64,000 bases of DNA from Takakia lepidozioides (Eukaryota > Plantae > Bryophyta), in the NCBI GenBank assembly GCA_030704615.1, contig CM060732.1, positions 27,342,001 through 27,406,000 on the forward strand, in the 5' to 3' direction. This document shows, piece after piece, positions 25,243-38,810 of this stretch (position 1 is the stretch's first letter; each line of letters starts with the position of its first letter). Under the pieces are notes generated by a model. That model ran no database searches and was not told the DNA's origin. It worked only from the letters and a program-made list of their open reading frames with translations. A program made the position numbers and the translations under genes.

Positions 25243-26056
25243 TGTTCGACACCGAACAGCCAGGGTATTCTTTAGAAGTTTGGACCAATATATTGTCGCC
25301 TCAGAATCGAAGTTAAATTTAGATTGGATTTTCCTTTTCACTTGTCGAATGTTGTTTTCTGTTCGGCAACAGACGGCATAGACGAATTTTATGAATCTTA
25401 CAAAATTTTGAGTGAAATATCCTACATGTGTTTTGATATCCTGAATATATTTGGCTCAATCTGCTGTCGGCACTTGACTTTTGAGGTTCCCTTCGTGCAT
25501 GAGGTGTTCTGTTCGGCACCGAACAACGTTTCAGGATTATAATTATTACAAACATTTGCAGTTTTGAATTTATGTTTTCAACCCTGCATGTAATTTCTTT
25601 GTCATGTTTGCAGAACGTTTTCGACGGAATGGGTTCTATCTGCCTCGTGATGTAGCCGAAGTATATAAATGGTGAAAAAAGATTAGATGGATTGATCTAT
25701 CCTTCTAGGTGTTCGTTGCCGAACACTCATTGGTTTCCAGCGCCTCAAACAAAATGATACCTAATATTTCAAGCATTCATGTAATTTGTTTGCAGAACGG
25801 TTTCGTCGTTATCCTCTTATGCAAGTTAAGATAGATCCCTTTCTCAGACTGCACTACACCCCTGCTGCCTACTGATGTAGCCAAAGTTTTGAAAAGCTGA
25901 AACAAAATTACATTGTTTGTTTTAGCCAACTGGGTGTTCGTTGCCGAACACTAATTGGGTTTTGGCGACTCAAACGAAAGGATACATTATTTCACGGCTG
26001 ATATGGTCCCAATGTAAAAAAAATCCTTGTCCTCTGTGGTTGTTCGGCACCGAACG
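25243..26056. repeat. Dispersed array of TGTTCGGCACCGAACA-type 16-bp palindromes
   Basis: Copies at 25243, 25510, 25710, 25935 and 26041 plus decayed copies; one more intronic copy at 28167-28180. Confidence 0.85.
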
Positions 26057-26655
26057 TCCGTTGCATTGCCTCTACACATGTTGAATACATACAGAAAATT
26101 GTTACGTGGTTTTTTTTTTCAAGATACGGGTTTATAAGATACTTCCAAATCTTTGGGTGTAATTTCTACTCTGGGAAACACAATAGTGCACATTGATGGA
26201 TGTTTGGCTTTGTATCTTGTCGCCAGATGATAAAGGAAGAAACACGATGAATTTTGCTTACATCCCGCACGTGCGGGTGATGGATGAATGTTTGACAACG
26301 AACCGTGACTGTGGATGACGATTGTAGGGCACTGTGGATGTGCATGAGTTTTCACTGTGGATGGAAATTGTGACGGGCCTGCGGATGAACATCGCCTTCA
26401 TCCCTCTACATTCGTCATTTTTTGAACGTTGGTAAACTCTTAGGCACATGCGGGGATGTCATTTCGGGGATGGATGTTGGCCGGTGCCGGACCTTCTCTT
26501 CTCGGGTTCATGCAGGGTTCATGCTTCATGCAGGGTCCATACGTTTTCGTCCATTTGAAACCCATCAAGCTGAATGAGTCTTTCCCCCCACCAGTTCTTT
26601 TCCTCGAGGTTTTCTCTCTTTCTCCCTCTCTATATCTCAGACTCCACTGCTGTGA

Positions 26656-29235
26656 TTGTCGTTTCATTCTGACGTATGGCTCCAAAAATCTGTCTCAAAG
26701 AACCCTCTGTTTATTCCAGAGATCGAGGACCCCTTGCACTTGACTGAGATTGGGAAGAAATGGGTCTCCAATAGGATCCCCCTCTTCAACATGTCAGAAC
26801 TCAGGACGAAACGAAGAGAAGATGTGGTGGCAAATGTGGTCGACATGTCTTTTTCAGAGTCGATGCAGACTCAAGCGGAGAGAGCTCCAGAGGCCGAGGC
26901 CCAAAAGCACACATTCACTTCCATTCGTCACTTGATGTATCTGTCTCTTCCTCCTTATGTTCCTCTTTGCCGCATGAAACCCCTGCCAGCAGTCAGGCTT
27001 CCGGATAAGAATGGTGTGACCCTGCTCAAAGGATACTTCGAACAGGATAGGTACAGTGATTCTTTGGCAGGCTTCCTTTTGGCGCTTGTTAACGACAACG
27101 GTGAGGAGAGTCTTGTTACAGATAGTGATAGATCAGTGTGGGATTCGCATTGGAAGATTGTCAATGCCCAATTTGAGCAGGAGCTTGATACGAGGCCAGA
27201 TTGGCATTGGTTCAAGGGAAAAAACTTGTTCATCTACAATGGCAACCATAGATGGTGTGCCTGGACGGATGTTATCAGCAAAAAGCGCAAAATGATGCGG
27301 AGTGGCACATCCGAGTGAAGGCTTACGTGCTTGATATAAAGAAGAAGGACATGGGGTTGGTTTTCGGGGCCATGAGACGAATGAATGTGTAAGTTTCACA
27401 CTCTGAACCTGCTTTCCCACTCCACTGTTCTGCAACAAACACTGTTTTCAGATTCTCAGAGTAGCATTGCATTCAAAACAGTGTAACCCTAAACTGCCAG
27501 CTCCACGGGTGTGCAGGGTAACTCAGAAAGCACGGGTGCACAACAATCTGAATTAGCATCTGTATTTCTTCAGAAAGACTGCACAGACACCCCTTGAGCA
27601 CTTCCAGACGGCCCTGAGTCCTGTTGTCTATGAGAAATGCAAGGCCAAGAGAGACAGTTGGATGACTCTCACAAGGAAAGCTCTCGTGGAATACATTGGG
27701 GCCGACACTCTAGAGAAGGCCAAAAACCAAGCCATGCAGAGGTATTATGGAGGATGTTCCTGCGGACAAACAAACGGAGGCAGACTGTCAAGCCAAGGTA
27801 GAAGAAGCCCGTGCTGCGGATCGGAAACTGCTGACCAGCAGGTTTGCAAAGTATACGGTCATTTGTGACCTTGCACACACCGACTCGTTTCTTTTTGAGA
27901 TTTCCACCCATTACCAGCAGTGTGGGCCATCAAAGAAGCCAGAGATACAGCTTGAGAAGCTGCAGCTTGTTGCATCAAGTGCGGTTCCAGGCCCGGAGAA
28001 ATGCAGGTGGTTGAGGATTTGGAATTCGGACAGCGAATCCTGAAAGTCGAACCATTTTCCACTCGCTCCAACAGATAAGGCCATTGCAGCGTTGTGTGAC
28101 AAGGCTACATGGTGGTATCAGGTGGTATTCATCCTCATGCTTTTACTTTCCAGATTTGCGTTGAAGGTTCGGCAACGAACAGCCAGCCTGAACGCCGGCC
28201 AGTCTCCCTATAGAATATTGTGGAAGTCGAATTCATATGCTTGCTTTGTTTCCTTTGAACCTAGGTTTGCTCTGCGGACTAAGGTTCAGCTCCGAAACAA
28301 CAATCCTCAGAAGCGGCCTGCGTGTGTGTAGAATATTGAGAGATGCGCAGAGGCAGCTAGAACAGTTGCAGGATAATGGGAGCATAAACCTCCCCGACAT
28401 TGCAGGGAAGGCGGAAGACCTCCCATCGTACATGGAAATTGAATTACTGGAATCGCCTGTTCGACGTGGAATACCAGGACGGCATGTGCCGGAGTGTACA
28501 ACTGACAAACCAACCGGGAGGTCTTCGACCTTCAAAACGAATGTGTTTCAGGTAATTTATTTGGAATGCCAAATCCTTTAGTGAAATAACGTTGATTTGA
28601 GACATGTTTCTCTAATTAATCCCACATCCTTCTACCGAACAGGTACATCCACAGGCACCTCTGTGGAGAGAAGAAGTTGTTGCTGTCAACTCCTGCTATT
28701 ATGCTACCCTGGGTAAGCGATTTGTTGGGGACAACTATTTACAACGATGAGCAACTGAGTATGTATAAGGGCCATGTTTATGCAAATTGTCCCTGGTGGT
28801 TGGACATGGAGGAAGGGTATTTGCCTGCTGAAGAGAAGAAAGAGTATGAAGACACCCAGGCTCTGATAACTGGATCAATTGAGTTGGATGAGCAGGCAAG
28901 GGCCGAGGAGGCAGCTCGGTAGTCAACAGTCCTGAAAAATGCAGCTGAGGCAGAGCGCCTACGTCAAAATGACGAGCAGCAAGTGATTCAGAAGGAAGCA
29001 AAGGCCAAAGCTTGTCAGGCAGGGGCAAAGAAAAAGGACAAGGCCAGCAAGGCATCAATTCTGCAACCACACGTTCTATGTCTGGGACGGCAACCACCAT
29101 TTGCTGGCATGGATGGGATACATTCAGAAACATCATGCAAAAGACAAAGACAAACATGTTGTTGTAGAGGCAATGGTTCTGGATCGTGGAAATGACATCG
29201 CGAGGCTTCTTACAGCTATGCACGACGTGAACAAG
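26656..29235 (+). pseudogene. ParB-like cargo gene paralogue, 5' two-thirds
   Basis: YVPLCRMKPLPAVR, FIYNGNHRWCAW, LEKLQLVASSAVPGPEKCRWLRIWNS and NCPWWLDM are colinear with the 17-20.3 kb gene; stops present. Confidence 0.78.
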
Positions 29236-29328
29236 TAAGTCATTCTAGAGACTCCATTGCCTCTTCAATATCTTGTTCATCCCACCAAAACGATGTTTAC
29301 CAATGCATTGTTTTCACTCTTTTTGCAG

Positions 29329-32300
29329 ATCGACAGAGAAATCACATGTGACAACAAGCTTGGTCCTCACACTTTTCCGAATTCAAGGAATTGGTCTGAT
29401 GAAGCTGGATGATATTCGCACAGTACTCCACCCCGATATAATCAAGAACTGCGAAACATGAAGAGCTGCAGGCACTTAGTATTCTTTGACTCGAGAGGCG
29501 TTTCTAGAGTACATGTATGCGGTAAGGCCGAGCCTATACTCACTTGTCTTTTTGAATACATGTTTGTAATTCGTTTTTACTCATCCCTACTTTGATCTAT
29601 GCAGCAAGAACTGGCAGAGGCAGCTGAGAAGGGGAAATCCGAATACTACTGCACTACAACAGAGGAACTTCGGACATCAAAGGGTGTGGAGGTAGCAATA
29701 AAGAAGGAGTATGAAATCCGGAGATGTGCCTTCTCGAAGCAGCTTAGAATAGTAGATCCCGGCCTTGGGGAGGAGTTCCTTCTACATGTCAAATCTCACT
29801 ATGACAACCATGTGCACCCGGAGATGCAGAAGGAGAAATTGCATCGGCTGGCCATATCCATGGTTGACCCCCAAACCAAAATTAGATGGCTGGAGATTTG
29901 GAACTCAGATCAGACAGTGAAGGACTTGAATCACTTCATTCACATGGATTAGGGAACTTAGGGTATGTTGGCAGTGTTCTTGAATGGAATTTTTTGAAGT
30001 CGTTGACGACCATCACATCCAGAGCTGTTGTGAGCTTCTATAGAGTGAGATTTCTTGTACGTTTTGTAGGGCGCATAATAGTTTTAGGCAGTGTTACTCA
30101 CAGAATTTTCTGAATGTTGGTGCCGACATTCACTTTGAGTGCAATGGGCTTCTACATAGAGAGATTGATTTCCAATTTGTCTCATGGTTTGCAGGTACGC
30201 AAAATATGTGCTAATGGATGGAAATCACCTCAGCGGTATCCCAGATTATCTTGACATGTGGTCGGACCCTGGAAACGATCCAACCATGTACACTGTAGGG
30301 ATGCAAGTCACCAACAAAAACAAAGGACAAAGACAAGTCGAAGGAGAAGGAGAAGGAAAAGGAAAAGGAAAAGGGGAAGGAGAAGGAGAAAGAAAAGGAG
30401 AAGGAGAAGGAGAGTGAGAAGGACTTCACCGCCGGAAGGTATACCTGCACAATTCAGTGCGTGTTCGATGCCAAGCCACACCCTTCCCGTGCCGATTTGG
30501 CAGGGGAGATTAAGATTGTCAATGAGGCATGGTTGGCGATGATGGAGAGTTGGAAGAAAAGATACACTTGGGATAACATGATCTCTTTCCTTAATCTGGT
30601 GGGAATTTCATTTTCTTTCCTTTGCATTTGTAAACTAGGGGTTGAGACTTGACCCTATGTTTGTGAGTGCCTTGAGCGCATGCTTGCCCATAGTGAGCAA
30701 GATTTTTGTCGCTAAACAAGGAGAAGCAAACATAAAAAAGCTTACGGTTGGAGCGAAAGTGCCTCATTCTTCAATTAGAGAACCTTATCTCGTGAGGGCG
30801 GGAGTCCTTGCATAAGACATAATAGTCTTATAGCATCCCTTTAGGCACGATAGGCGCACTTTGTATGCATTTGTCTTGGTTTCCATTGCATTTGTATTTG
30901 GGTCCTAACCGGCCCCCCTTAAAATTTACTGTGTCTTTTTCCAGTATTTTTTCTACTTTTTGTTACCTTTGCAAGCCTTTGTTGACCACCCTAAACCCTA
31001 GTTGGATGCCACTCCTTCTGTTTCTTTGCAAGAAAGATTAAGGAAATTGGTACATGAAGAAGATCAATTGACATTGACAGTATTGATCTTCGTTTCCTTG
31101 CAAACATTCTTCTCTTCGTTCTCAATTTGAACATGTCTGTCGCAGGTGAGCACTGGTCCCTCCTTTGTGTGTGGTGTGCAAAAAATGTTTGCTGCTGACA
31201 TGGTCATTCTTGACATCCCGGACGGCCAGGCTGTGCCAGAAGTTCTTCCGAAGGGCAAGACGCCAAGCTGGAACAAATTCGATGACAACTACTGGAGTTG
31301 GGTGTTTGGGTTCTGCAATAATTTCCTTTCTGATGCAGGGACACTTCTGCTATTTCAGTCATGTGACAAGGATAGTCGTCGAGCATTGACATCGTACCTG
31401 AAGTCCTCTGGGTTTGAAGTTCTACGCACATGGAATTGTGTGAACATCCTCTACTTTGTGAAAGGGGGTTGTCCTGGTCAACTGGTATGACGCCTCCCTC
31501 CTGGTTGTGCTTTAATGCTGCGTTTCAGTGTTCTCTGCAGTGTAACTCTAGAAGAATTTGTGATGATCGGCACCGATCATCACAAATACATGACAGATCA
31601 GTTTGTTGCATGCCTATGTTTTGAAGTGCCAATCTACAAACTTCCACTTTTGTTTGTGTTTGGCAACCTAACCTTTAGTCTTTGGCAGATGGGGATGTTC
31701 AAGGCGATCTGCCTGTGGAGGATTCGCACCTCAAAGACACCATCCTCCGTCCGCAGCTTCGAGATTTCTGACCAGGGGTGTTTCATCAATCCCCTGTATA
31801 AGCCACATGTCGATGACATTTTGTACAACTTAGTCAAACTCTCAAAAGACCAGATGGCACTCCCTGGAGAGGTGCAAAGGAGAAAACCCCAGCGTTCATG
31901 CAGACACTGCTGGAGTCATGCAGCCACCATCCTGCACGGGTGGTCGACCTCTCAGTATCCACAGGTTCGTTTTCTCCCTTCAGATTTGGTTTTCTTTCAC
32001 TAGTTTCATCTTTGTAAATCCCCCCCTCCAAGCTATCATGTCCTCCTGTCTGGTGCAGGAGCAACTTACCATGCGTGCAAGGCAGGCGAAAGAACCTTTT
32101 TTTGGCATGGAGGGTGATTCAGACCTATACAAGATTGTGCTCCTCCCCCTTTTGTCTGGCTCTACATCAGGCACACAAACTGAAATGATTCAAATCCGAA
32201 ATGATGAGGAATATCCCGAGGATAAGCAAGTCGACAACAACTTTTCATGTGAGTAAGTCTGCCATGGAATCCACTTTGGGTGCCATGTTCAATCGCAGAC

Positions 32301-32590
32301 ATCAAATTTGCAGTAATAACTTTTTTCTTGTTGTGACTTGCAGGAAAGGCAACGATGGATCTTTGGGAGAGACCCCCATTTGTGGCGAGACTATTTTCAA
32401 CAGCCCCCTTTCCACTTTTGTGCTTCCTGTGTATGCCGAAGCAATGGCACTTCAAATGGCTGAGGCTCTATCCCCTGATTTTTTATTGCCCGACCACAAG
32501 TGTAGCCATCGTAGATCCGGAGTTCTTAAATTCTTGGACTTGGATGCAGAGGACGCGGGGATACATTGTATTGACTCTGAGTCAGACTAA
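29329..32590 (+). pseudogene. Cargo gene paralogue, middle to C-terminus, including the methyltransferase-like domain
   Basis: KEKLHRLAISMVDPQTKIRWLEIWNS; ADMVILDIPDG...WNKF...FLSDAGTLLLF; PWRGAKEKTPAFMQTLLESCS...VVDLSVSTG|ATYHACKAGERTFFGMEGD (small frameshifts). Late intron positions match the 16.9-22.4 kb gene. Confidence 0.78.
30340..30414 (+). repeat. (GAAGGA/AAAGGA)n hexamer repeat within the cargo gene
   Basis: Purine-only run encoding a charged low-complexity segment. Confidence 0.85.
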
Positions 32591-33138
32591 ACTACGCATT
32601 TTTAATGTTATATTTTCATCCTCTTCGGAAAAGATTGAATTCCTTTACTTCATTGCAGTTGTTCCAGTAGAAAAAAAATGAAACAAAGAATCCACTCAGA
32701 TTGAAATGGCAATCTTCATGAATCCATCCCACAAACCCACACACTCATGTCATATCCATTGTGCATTCATCTACACTATATTCATGCATCCTCCACTCAT
32801 GAATGTTTTCCATTATTCAACATCCATTGTACTCTCATCCATCACACATTCAGCCATCTACTTGCATTGTTCCCACTCATCCATCTATGTTTCATCCATC
32901 CTGCATTCATCTGTTGCTTTCAGGTGGGAATGACAACGTCATTTTATTATGTCGTCCAGCTTGTTTCCGCGGTTAAGGGTGCTCTTCCGAGGAAATACAC
33001 TCCGTTTCTTCCTTGGCGCGCGGTGACGCGACGTTTAAGCGCGATGACGTGGAGGAGCCCGGTGATGTGGCGTGGTCGCAAGGTGATGTGGGGTGAGCGC
33101 AACTGTGCTCACGCGACCAAGCTCACGCCGAGGCATCC

Positions 33139-36100
33139 CTACACCTCTATCTCACTGACATTCTCTCTGACAGGTGTGTCACTCAAATCTTCACTCACTA
33201 TGTCGGCCTTTCTCTTGCTGTCTCTATCTTCGCAGTAAAGGGTATCACGCAGTGTTGTATCATCACTTATCCTTCCCTGGTTTCCAACACCCTCACTATC
33301 TAAAGTCAGCTTCTGTTTTCCTGTCAAGCCTTGATGTTCAGTAAGTTCAAGCTGTACCTCATTGCCGGGATCATGTGGCTCTGCTGCTGCAGGTTTGCGG
33401 GTGCTGCCTCTTTCCCTTGCGGTGCTCATCAGCTGGTTTCTGCATGGATGCAGCTCCTCGCTGTCCTCATCATTGATGCCCTTGATACTCTTCAGGTGTG
33501 TCATCACCACTCCATCTACCACACTGCTTCTCTCCTCCTTTTCATTGCATCTGCCCTCTCCCTTCGTTGCTGTCCACACCATGCCCTTACCCTCTTGATG
33601 GAATGTGCTGCCCTCTCTTTCTTCAGTCACTCCAGAGCAGATCATCATCTCACAACTGTCCCTTTTGTCAAAGTGAGAGCTGCAAGATGCTTTACTTAGT
33701 AGATCTCCCACTGTATTGACGCCAGGGTATAGCTCAAATCTCATTTTTCGCTCCTTTGATATCTCTTTTGCAGGTTGTGGGATGCTCATATCTGTCAAGC
33801 CTGAAAAAGGTACCTCCATCTCTCCTTCCATTGTCTCATTAACACACACACTCTCGTTGTTTATCAGTTGGCCCAGCTCAAAACTAAAATCTTGAGTTAT
33901 GTCTGTCCCCTTGACTTGTCCCAGCCTTGCCACTTTAGAGGTTGCAGAATAGTGTCAATGAAGAAGTGTACGCTAATCAACTCCCTCCTGAACTGCCATA
34001 GAGCCCATACAAGAAGGTAATAGTGCAACTCATCGTCACTTCTCTCGTTGTATCTAACAACTGCCCTGTTTTTCTTTGCTGCAAGGACATATCTGCCTTC
34101 CTGACGTGTAAACAGTGCAACAACAAACCAATCTCCTTCCCAATACAGCTTCAACACAGTTTCAGGTATTTCCCTTCCCACTTGTGTCATATTGATTTCC
34201 ATCTCCTCTGTCTCTTCAGCCTTGCCTACGGGAAACCTACTAAGGGCGTCCACGTTGGCATGTTTGCTACCAGGTCTGTGGATGCTGCGGAATTCAAAAT
34301 CCTGCAGCATAATCCATCTACCTCGCCTCCCATAAGCATCACTAACTGTAGCTAACCACTCTAGGGGTTTATAGTCAGTCCGAACCAGAAACGGTGTGCC
34401 ATTATATAGTACTGGCGGAAATGAAGAACTCCCCACACTAGTGCATAACACTCTCCCTCTATAGGATGGTACTTCTTTTGCGCATCCGATAGTGTTTTAC
34501 TGGTGTATGCAATGACATGTTCTTTCTTCCCTCCTTCTGTGATAGTATGGCACCCACTCCCTTAGCTGACCAGTCCACGTCCAAAATGAAAGGCTTCGTG
34601 AAGTCTAGCCTTACCAAGATTGGTGCTTCAATGAGTTTTAGTTTCAGCCCCTCGAAGGCATTGTGGGCTTGGGCACCCCATTTGTACTTAGTATCCTTCT
34701 TTGTCAGCTCAAACAAAGGTCCAGCAATATGCGCATATCTCTGCACATATTCACGGTAGTACCCCGTCATCCCCAGGTATATTTTTACTCCCGTGCCATT
34801 CTTAGGTATTGGGAATCGCTCGATGGCTATAACCTTGTTGGGGTCTGGCCTGACTCCCTCTTTTGACACTATGTGTCCTAGGAATGCGAGCTCTTGCCTC
34901 CCAAATTTGCACTTGTCAGGGTTAAGTTTCAGATCATGTGCATTCAACCTCTGTAGAATTCCCTCCACATGTTGTACATGACTCTCCCAATCTGCACTGT
35001 GGACATTAATATCATCCACAAACACCTTTGCACAAAGTTTTATCTCCTCTGCCAGTATGTTGTGTGAGTCAAAAGGAGGTAACGAGGGAAACACGGGAGA
35101 ACCCCATGGGCAAGACAAGGAAATTGGGGTTTTGTGCTTAAGGAACGATGGCGGGCTAGCTGGATGAAATCGCAATTTATCATTGGAGTTAACAAGATGA
35201 AATTGACAAAATTTTCATCAGCGGATGGACGGTGGAAAATTTGGATGACAAGCAGGGATGAGATCACTAATTGACATTAGTGGATGGATGACGAGCTAGC
35301 AGGATGACAGGGCGATGAAAGCACCAATGAAAAAGTTGATTCTTCATCGCATGGGGATGATACTGCGGAAATAAGACAAATGACTCAGTGGTGATTTAGT
35401 GGGTAGAGTGGCCACAATAATATTAGCTAGGTGGCACTAAGATAAAAGGTGGATAGAAGGAGGCACACATCGCCTTAAGATGTATTTAGCAACAATCAGG
35501 CCTGTGGCACAGAGGGGAATAAAACCCGGTGGCCACTAAGTTTTTAAGCCTAAGGTTGCAGCTGATTAAGTTGTGGGATCTACTTATTAAATGATCACGT
35601 GGAGTGTCGACATAGATAAGACCAAGTTTATGATGTCAGGTATAAGACGAGTGGTTGCGCATAGTCACGGCTCTCAGATTTTTGGGACTAGCTTATCATC
35701 ATTCTGGAGTGAGCACTAGAATCAGCTTGGTGTGAAGTAAAATGTATCCAGTGACATAGAGGTGGTGTTATGATGGTTAGCTAAAGTGTTTTGTGAGGAC
35801 TAACTCTCATGCATTGAAGCAGCTGATTTGCGTTTATACAAAGAGAGGCTGCAGGCTTAGCTGCTTTGTTCCTTTCCAAAGGTCAGGTGATTATATTGGG
35901 TGACTCCAATGCCCGGGTGGGTAGGCTGTGGTGTACTAAGAATATTGAACTGATACCAATATGTAGTAGGGTAGTTTCTCCATGCACTTCTCTGCAAAGC
36001 CAAGTTAGACATATGTGTTAATACTGGAGCAAGACATGAACACTAGAGGGTCGGAAATAAGCATCACGACAGGCATGTTGCGACAGGTGAATGGTGCAAA

Positions 36101-36903
36101 CACAGATATGGAAGCGAATGAAACAACAAGCTCAAGGGCCTTTGGTCACCCTCCAGGAATGATAATAAAAGAAGACAAACAATGTGTCTAGACAAATCTC
36201 AATGATGAATCTCCGTTCGTGCCAAGTTTTCTCTTCCGCTGCAGCATGGGATAAATGGTGTACTGACTGGATGGATTGTCATGGGTTGTAGGCCCCTTCT
36301 TTTTTACGTACAGTTGTTCATTGCCCTTTGGAATGTGGTGGTGGCGTTCTTCAGCCCAAAGGGCATCACAAGCCATTCGTACATCCCTGTCTTGGTGATT
36401 ATAGCAGTTTTCTTTATGTCTTCTTCATTCATTCTTATCTGCCAAAAACCATTCTGCAGGTCTAGAGCAGTAAACCAACTTGCCTTTCCTAGCTGTTGCA
36501 ACACATCACGTATAATTGGCATTGGGTAGGCATCCCTCATTGTTTGTTGGTTCAACGGTCGATAGTCCCCGCAGAACCTTTTGCTCCCATCCTTCTTTGG
36601 TGGAAGTGTCACAGGGCAGCTGTATTATGAGGTACTAGGCCTCATCTTTCCTTGTTTTATCAGTGCTTCAATCTGAGACTGAACCTCCTTTTCCTCCCAG
36701 TCAGACAGCCTGGTAGCCCTGCTCTTACACGGTGGAAATCCCGGTGTATCAATGCAGTTCTCCACATCCTTGCAGAATCCAAGATCAGCCTTACTTAGTG
36801 CAAACACTTCTTGGTTTCTCTCCAACATCTCCAGCAATTGTTTCCTTTGCTGTTCAGTCAACATTGGGTTCAGCTTCAGCCTCGCTTGGACTATTTGTGG
36901 CAA
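33139..36903 (-). mobile_element. Degenerate Ty3/Gypsy pol (RT, RNase H) and downstream ORF, interrupted by a solo LTR
   Basis: RFCGDYRPLN, ALDLQNGFWQI, VMPFGLKNA, VFVDDI, FILDVDWS, VRTDYKPLEWL and HANVDALSR. Confidence 0.92.
35063..36312. mobile_element. Solo LTR (1250 bp)
   Basis: TG...CA ends with GTTG duplicated on both sides (35059-62, 36313-16); its removal restores the RT sequence QRAMNNILAEE. Confidence 0.85.
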
Positions 36904-37974
36904 TCAGTTGCACACTAGGTAGGCCCTTCTCAGAAACAGATCTGCCTCCTCACTTTCATATTATAGGAAGTGATAGTAGAAGTAGGATGATACAAGTGTC
37001 TCCTTAAAAGTAACTCCTTTCCATGTAGGTACAAGCTCATAGACCCATCAAACCAAATAGAGCAAAAACAACAATAGTATGTGTACAATCAACACATACA
37101 AATAGATTTGAGGTTTGAGAGAGCTCAAAGCCTCACTCCCTTAGTCTCTTGCCCTTAGTAGCATTTCCTGCAACAAAAGAAGGTGAAGTGGCATCACCTG
37201 GATCCATCACAACCAACCAACCAACCAACCAGTTAGTGATCCCTGTGGAACCCAGGCTTAAACCCCTTCACATTTGTTATCAATGTCATCCCTGCAACAT
37301 GTCATACTAGCAAAGAGAGGAGAGGTAAGAGAGGTCCTTTCAGCCATTCAACATAGGTACAAAACTCAGTAGCACCTATTTCAGCCTCCCATGCTCCAGA
37401 GGGAGAGGGGGGTGGTCTCATGTCTGTAAGCACCCATTCCCAAAAAGAAGGTGTCACTAGAGCCAAGTACTCAAGCAAGGGGACACATAGAGCCCTTGGT
37501 TTTGCAAAAGTATTCCTAGATTCAAAGTAGAGCTTAGTCAGGTCCATGTAAGTTCCTCATAGTGTCAACTCTCTTTGTCTTGCCATCCTAAGCAGCCCAT
37601 CACAGTGTTGAAGGAGTCTGAATGGATACCTTGCTTGTAGACATAGTGTAGTCACCTCCTTCAGCTCTTGCCTGCTCCTCCAAATGAGAAGAGTGGCCAA
37701 GCATACTAATCATGTAGGGCAGCAGCTTTAGGTTAAGACCTCTAGGGTGAACCCTAATGAGTCACCCTCATGAGTCATCCTAGTGAGTCATCCCGTTATA
37801 CAATTCCCCGTTCTGTTTTAGACAAAAAAATCTGAACAGAATAACGGGATCAGGCAATTCTTGAATGTTGTCTATAAAAATCTTAGCAACATTTAAGGAA
37901 AGAGGGACCTCGAGCCTCTCATTTTCAGGCAGTTCTTGAGTGTTGTTACAAAGAACATATCCACAGTCAAGTAT

Positions 37975-37978
<4 letters not shown>

Positions 37979-38012
<34 letters not shown>
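37979..38012. repeat. (GA)n microsatellite
   Basis: Direct inspection. Confidence 0.95.
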
Positions 38013-38015
<3 letters not shown>

Positions 38016-38614
38016 CTGTGGCAAGCATATATATGTCCGACATTGCGTCTGAAAGAAGAGGACCTCAGCAAAACAGCTAAACAGCAAAACAGACACCTAC
38101 CAACGAGAAAGGACAAGAGGGCACAGGAGAGGGATGAAAATACCTTGCGAGCAACATCCATTCCACTGAGATCATCACGTGGATATGTACATGTACCCAA
38201 CCCTCCCTTGATTTCCATTATTACCAGTTGGGGCTACATCCAAATTCTATCCAACAGGGGAGAGACTATGCATCAGTGCAAAAACCATCTTGCTGCCATC
38301 ACATATCCACCTCTACCTACACAGATGAGATGCATGTGGTTGCAAGAAACATCTATTCAGCTTGCACCATGGTTGAGGACCTTAAGGATGATTTGAAGGG
38401 CCTAGCTACAGTCAGCACTAGACTAAAATCTAAATTGCGGGCGGGAGTCTATCTTAGAACAATAAACAGATGCAGAGAAGAAGAGGACAATGCCAATGCC
38501 GGCTGTGTGGTCGGCAATATTCATTTTTTGCCCTGCTGCCATGACCCGTTTGGGAGCTACAGGCTAACGTCAGTAAATATGCTATGGTGGCATTCAACGA
38601 CAGAAATCCTTCCA

Positions 38615-38810
38615 TCATAGGTAATCTAGAGCTTGAAATCTGGCCCTCTTACACCAACGAGCTAACTTGCAGAATTCAACATGAAAATTTAGGGACGACT
38701 CTGATAACAGGGAAAAACAGGCTGAAATGTGTTGAAGAAGGTGCCTTCATTAGCAGTGCCTTGTTCTATCAATTGTGATGCTGCCGCTGCTGTTTGCAGT
38801 TGACCATTCG
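38615..38810 (-). pseudogene. Remnant of the PDF-motif exon/intron cassette
   Basis: Reverse complement reads GQLQTAAAASQLIEQG, then intron sequence homologous to 40040-40140, then RGPDFKL*ITYD. Confidence 0.7.

Noticed and set aside
30258-30542. Arg/Lys-rich protamine-like ORF
   Set aside because: An alternative frame of the GAAGGA hexamer repeat within the cargo gene.
37302-38620. Short ORFs between the Gypsy fragment and the PPR cluster
   Set aside because: No recognisable domains or splice-supported structure.
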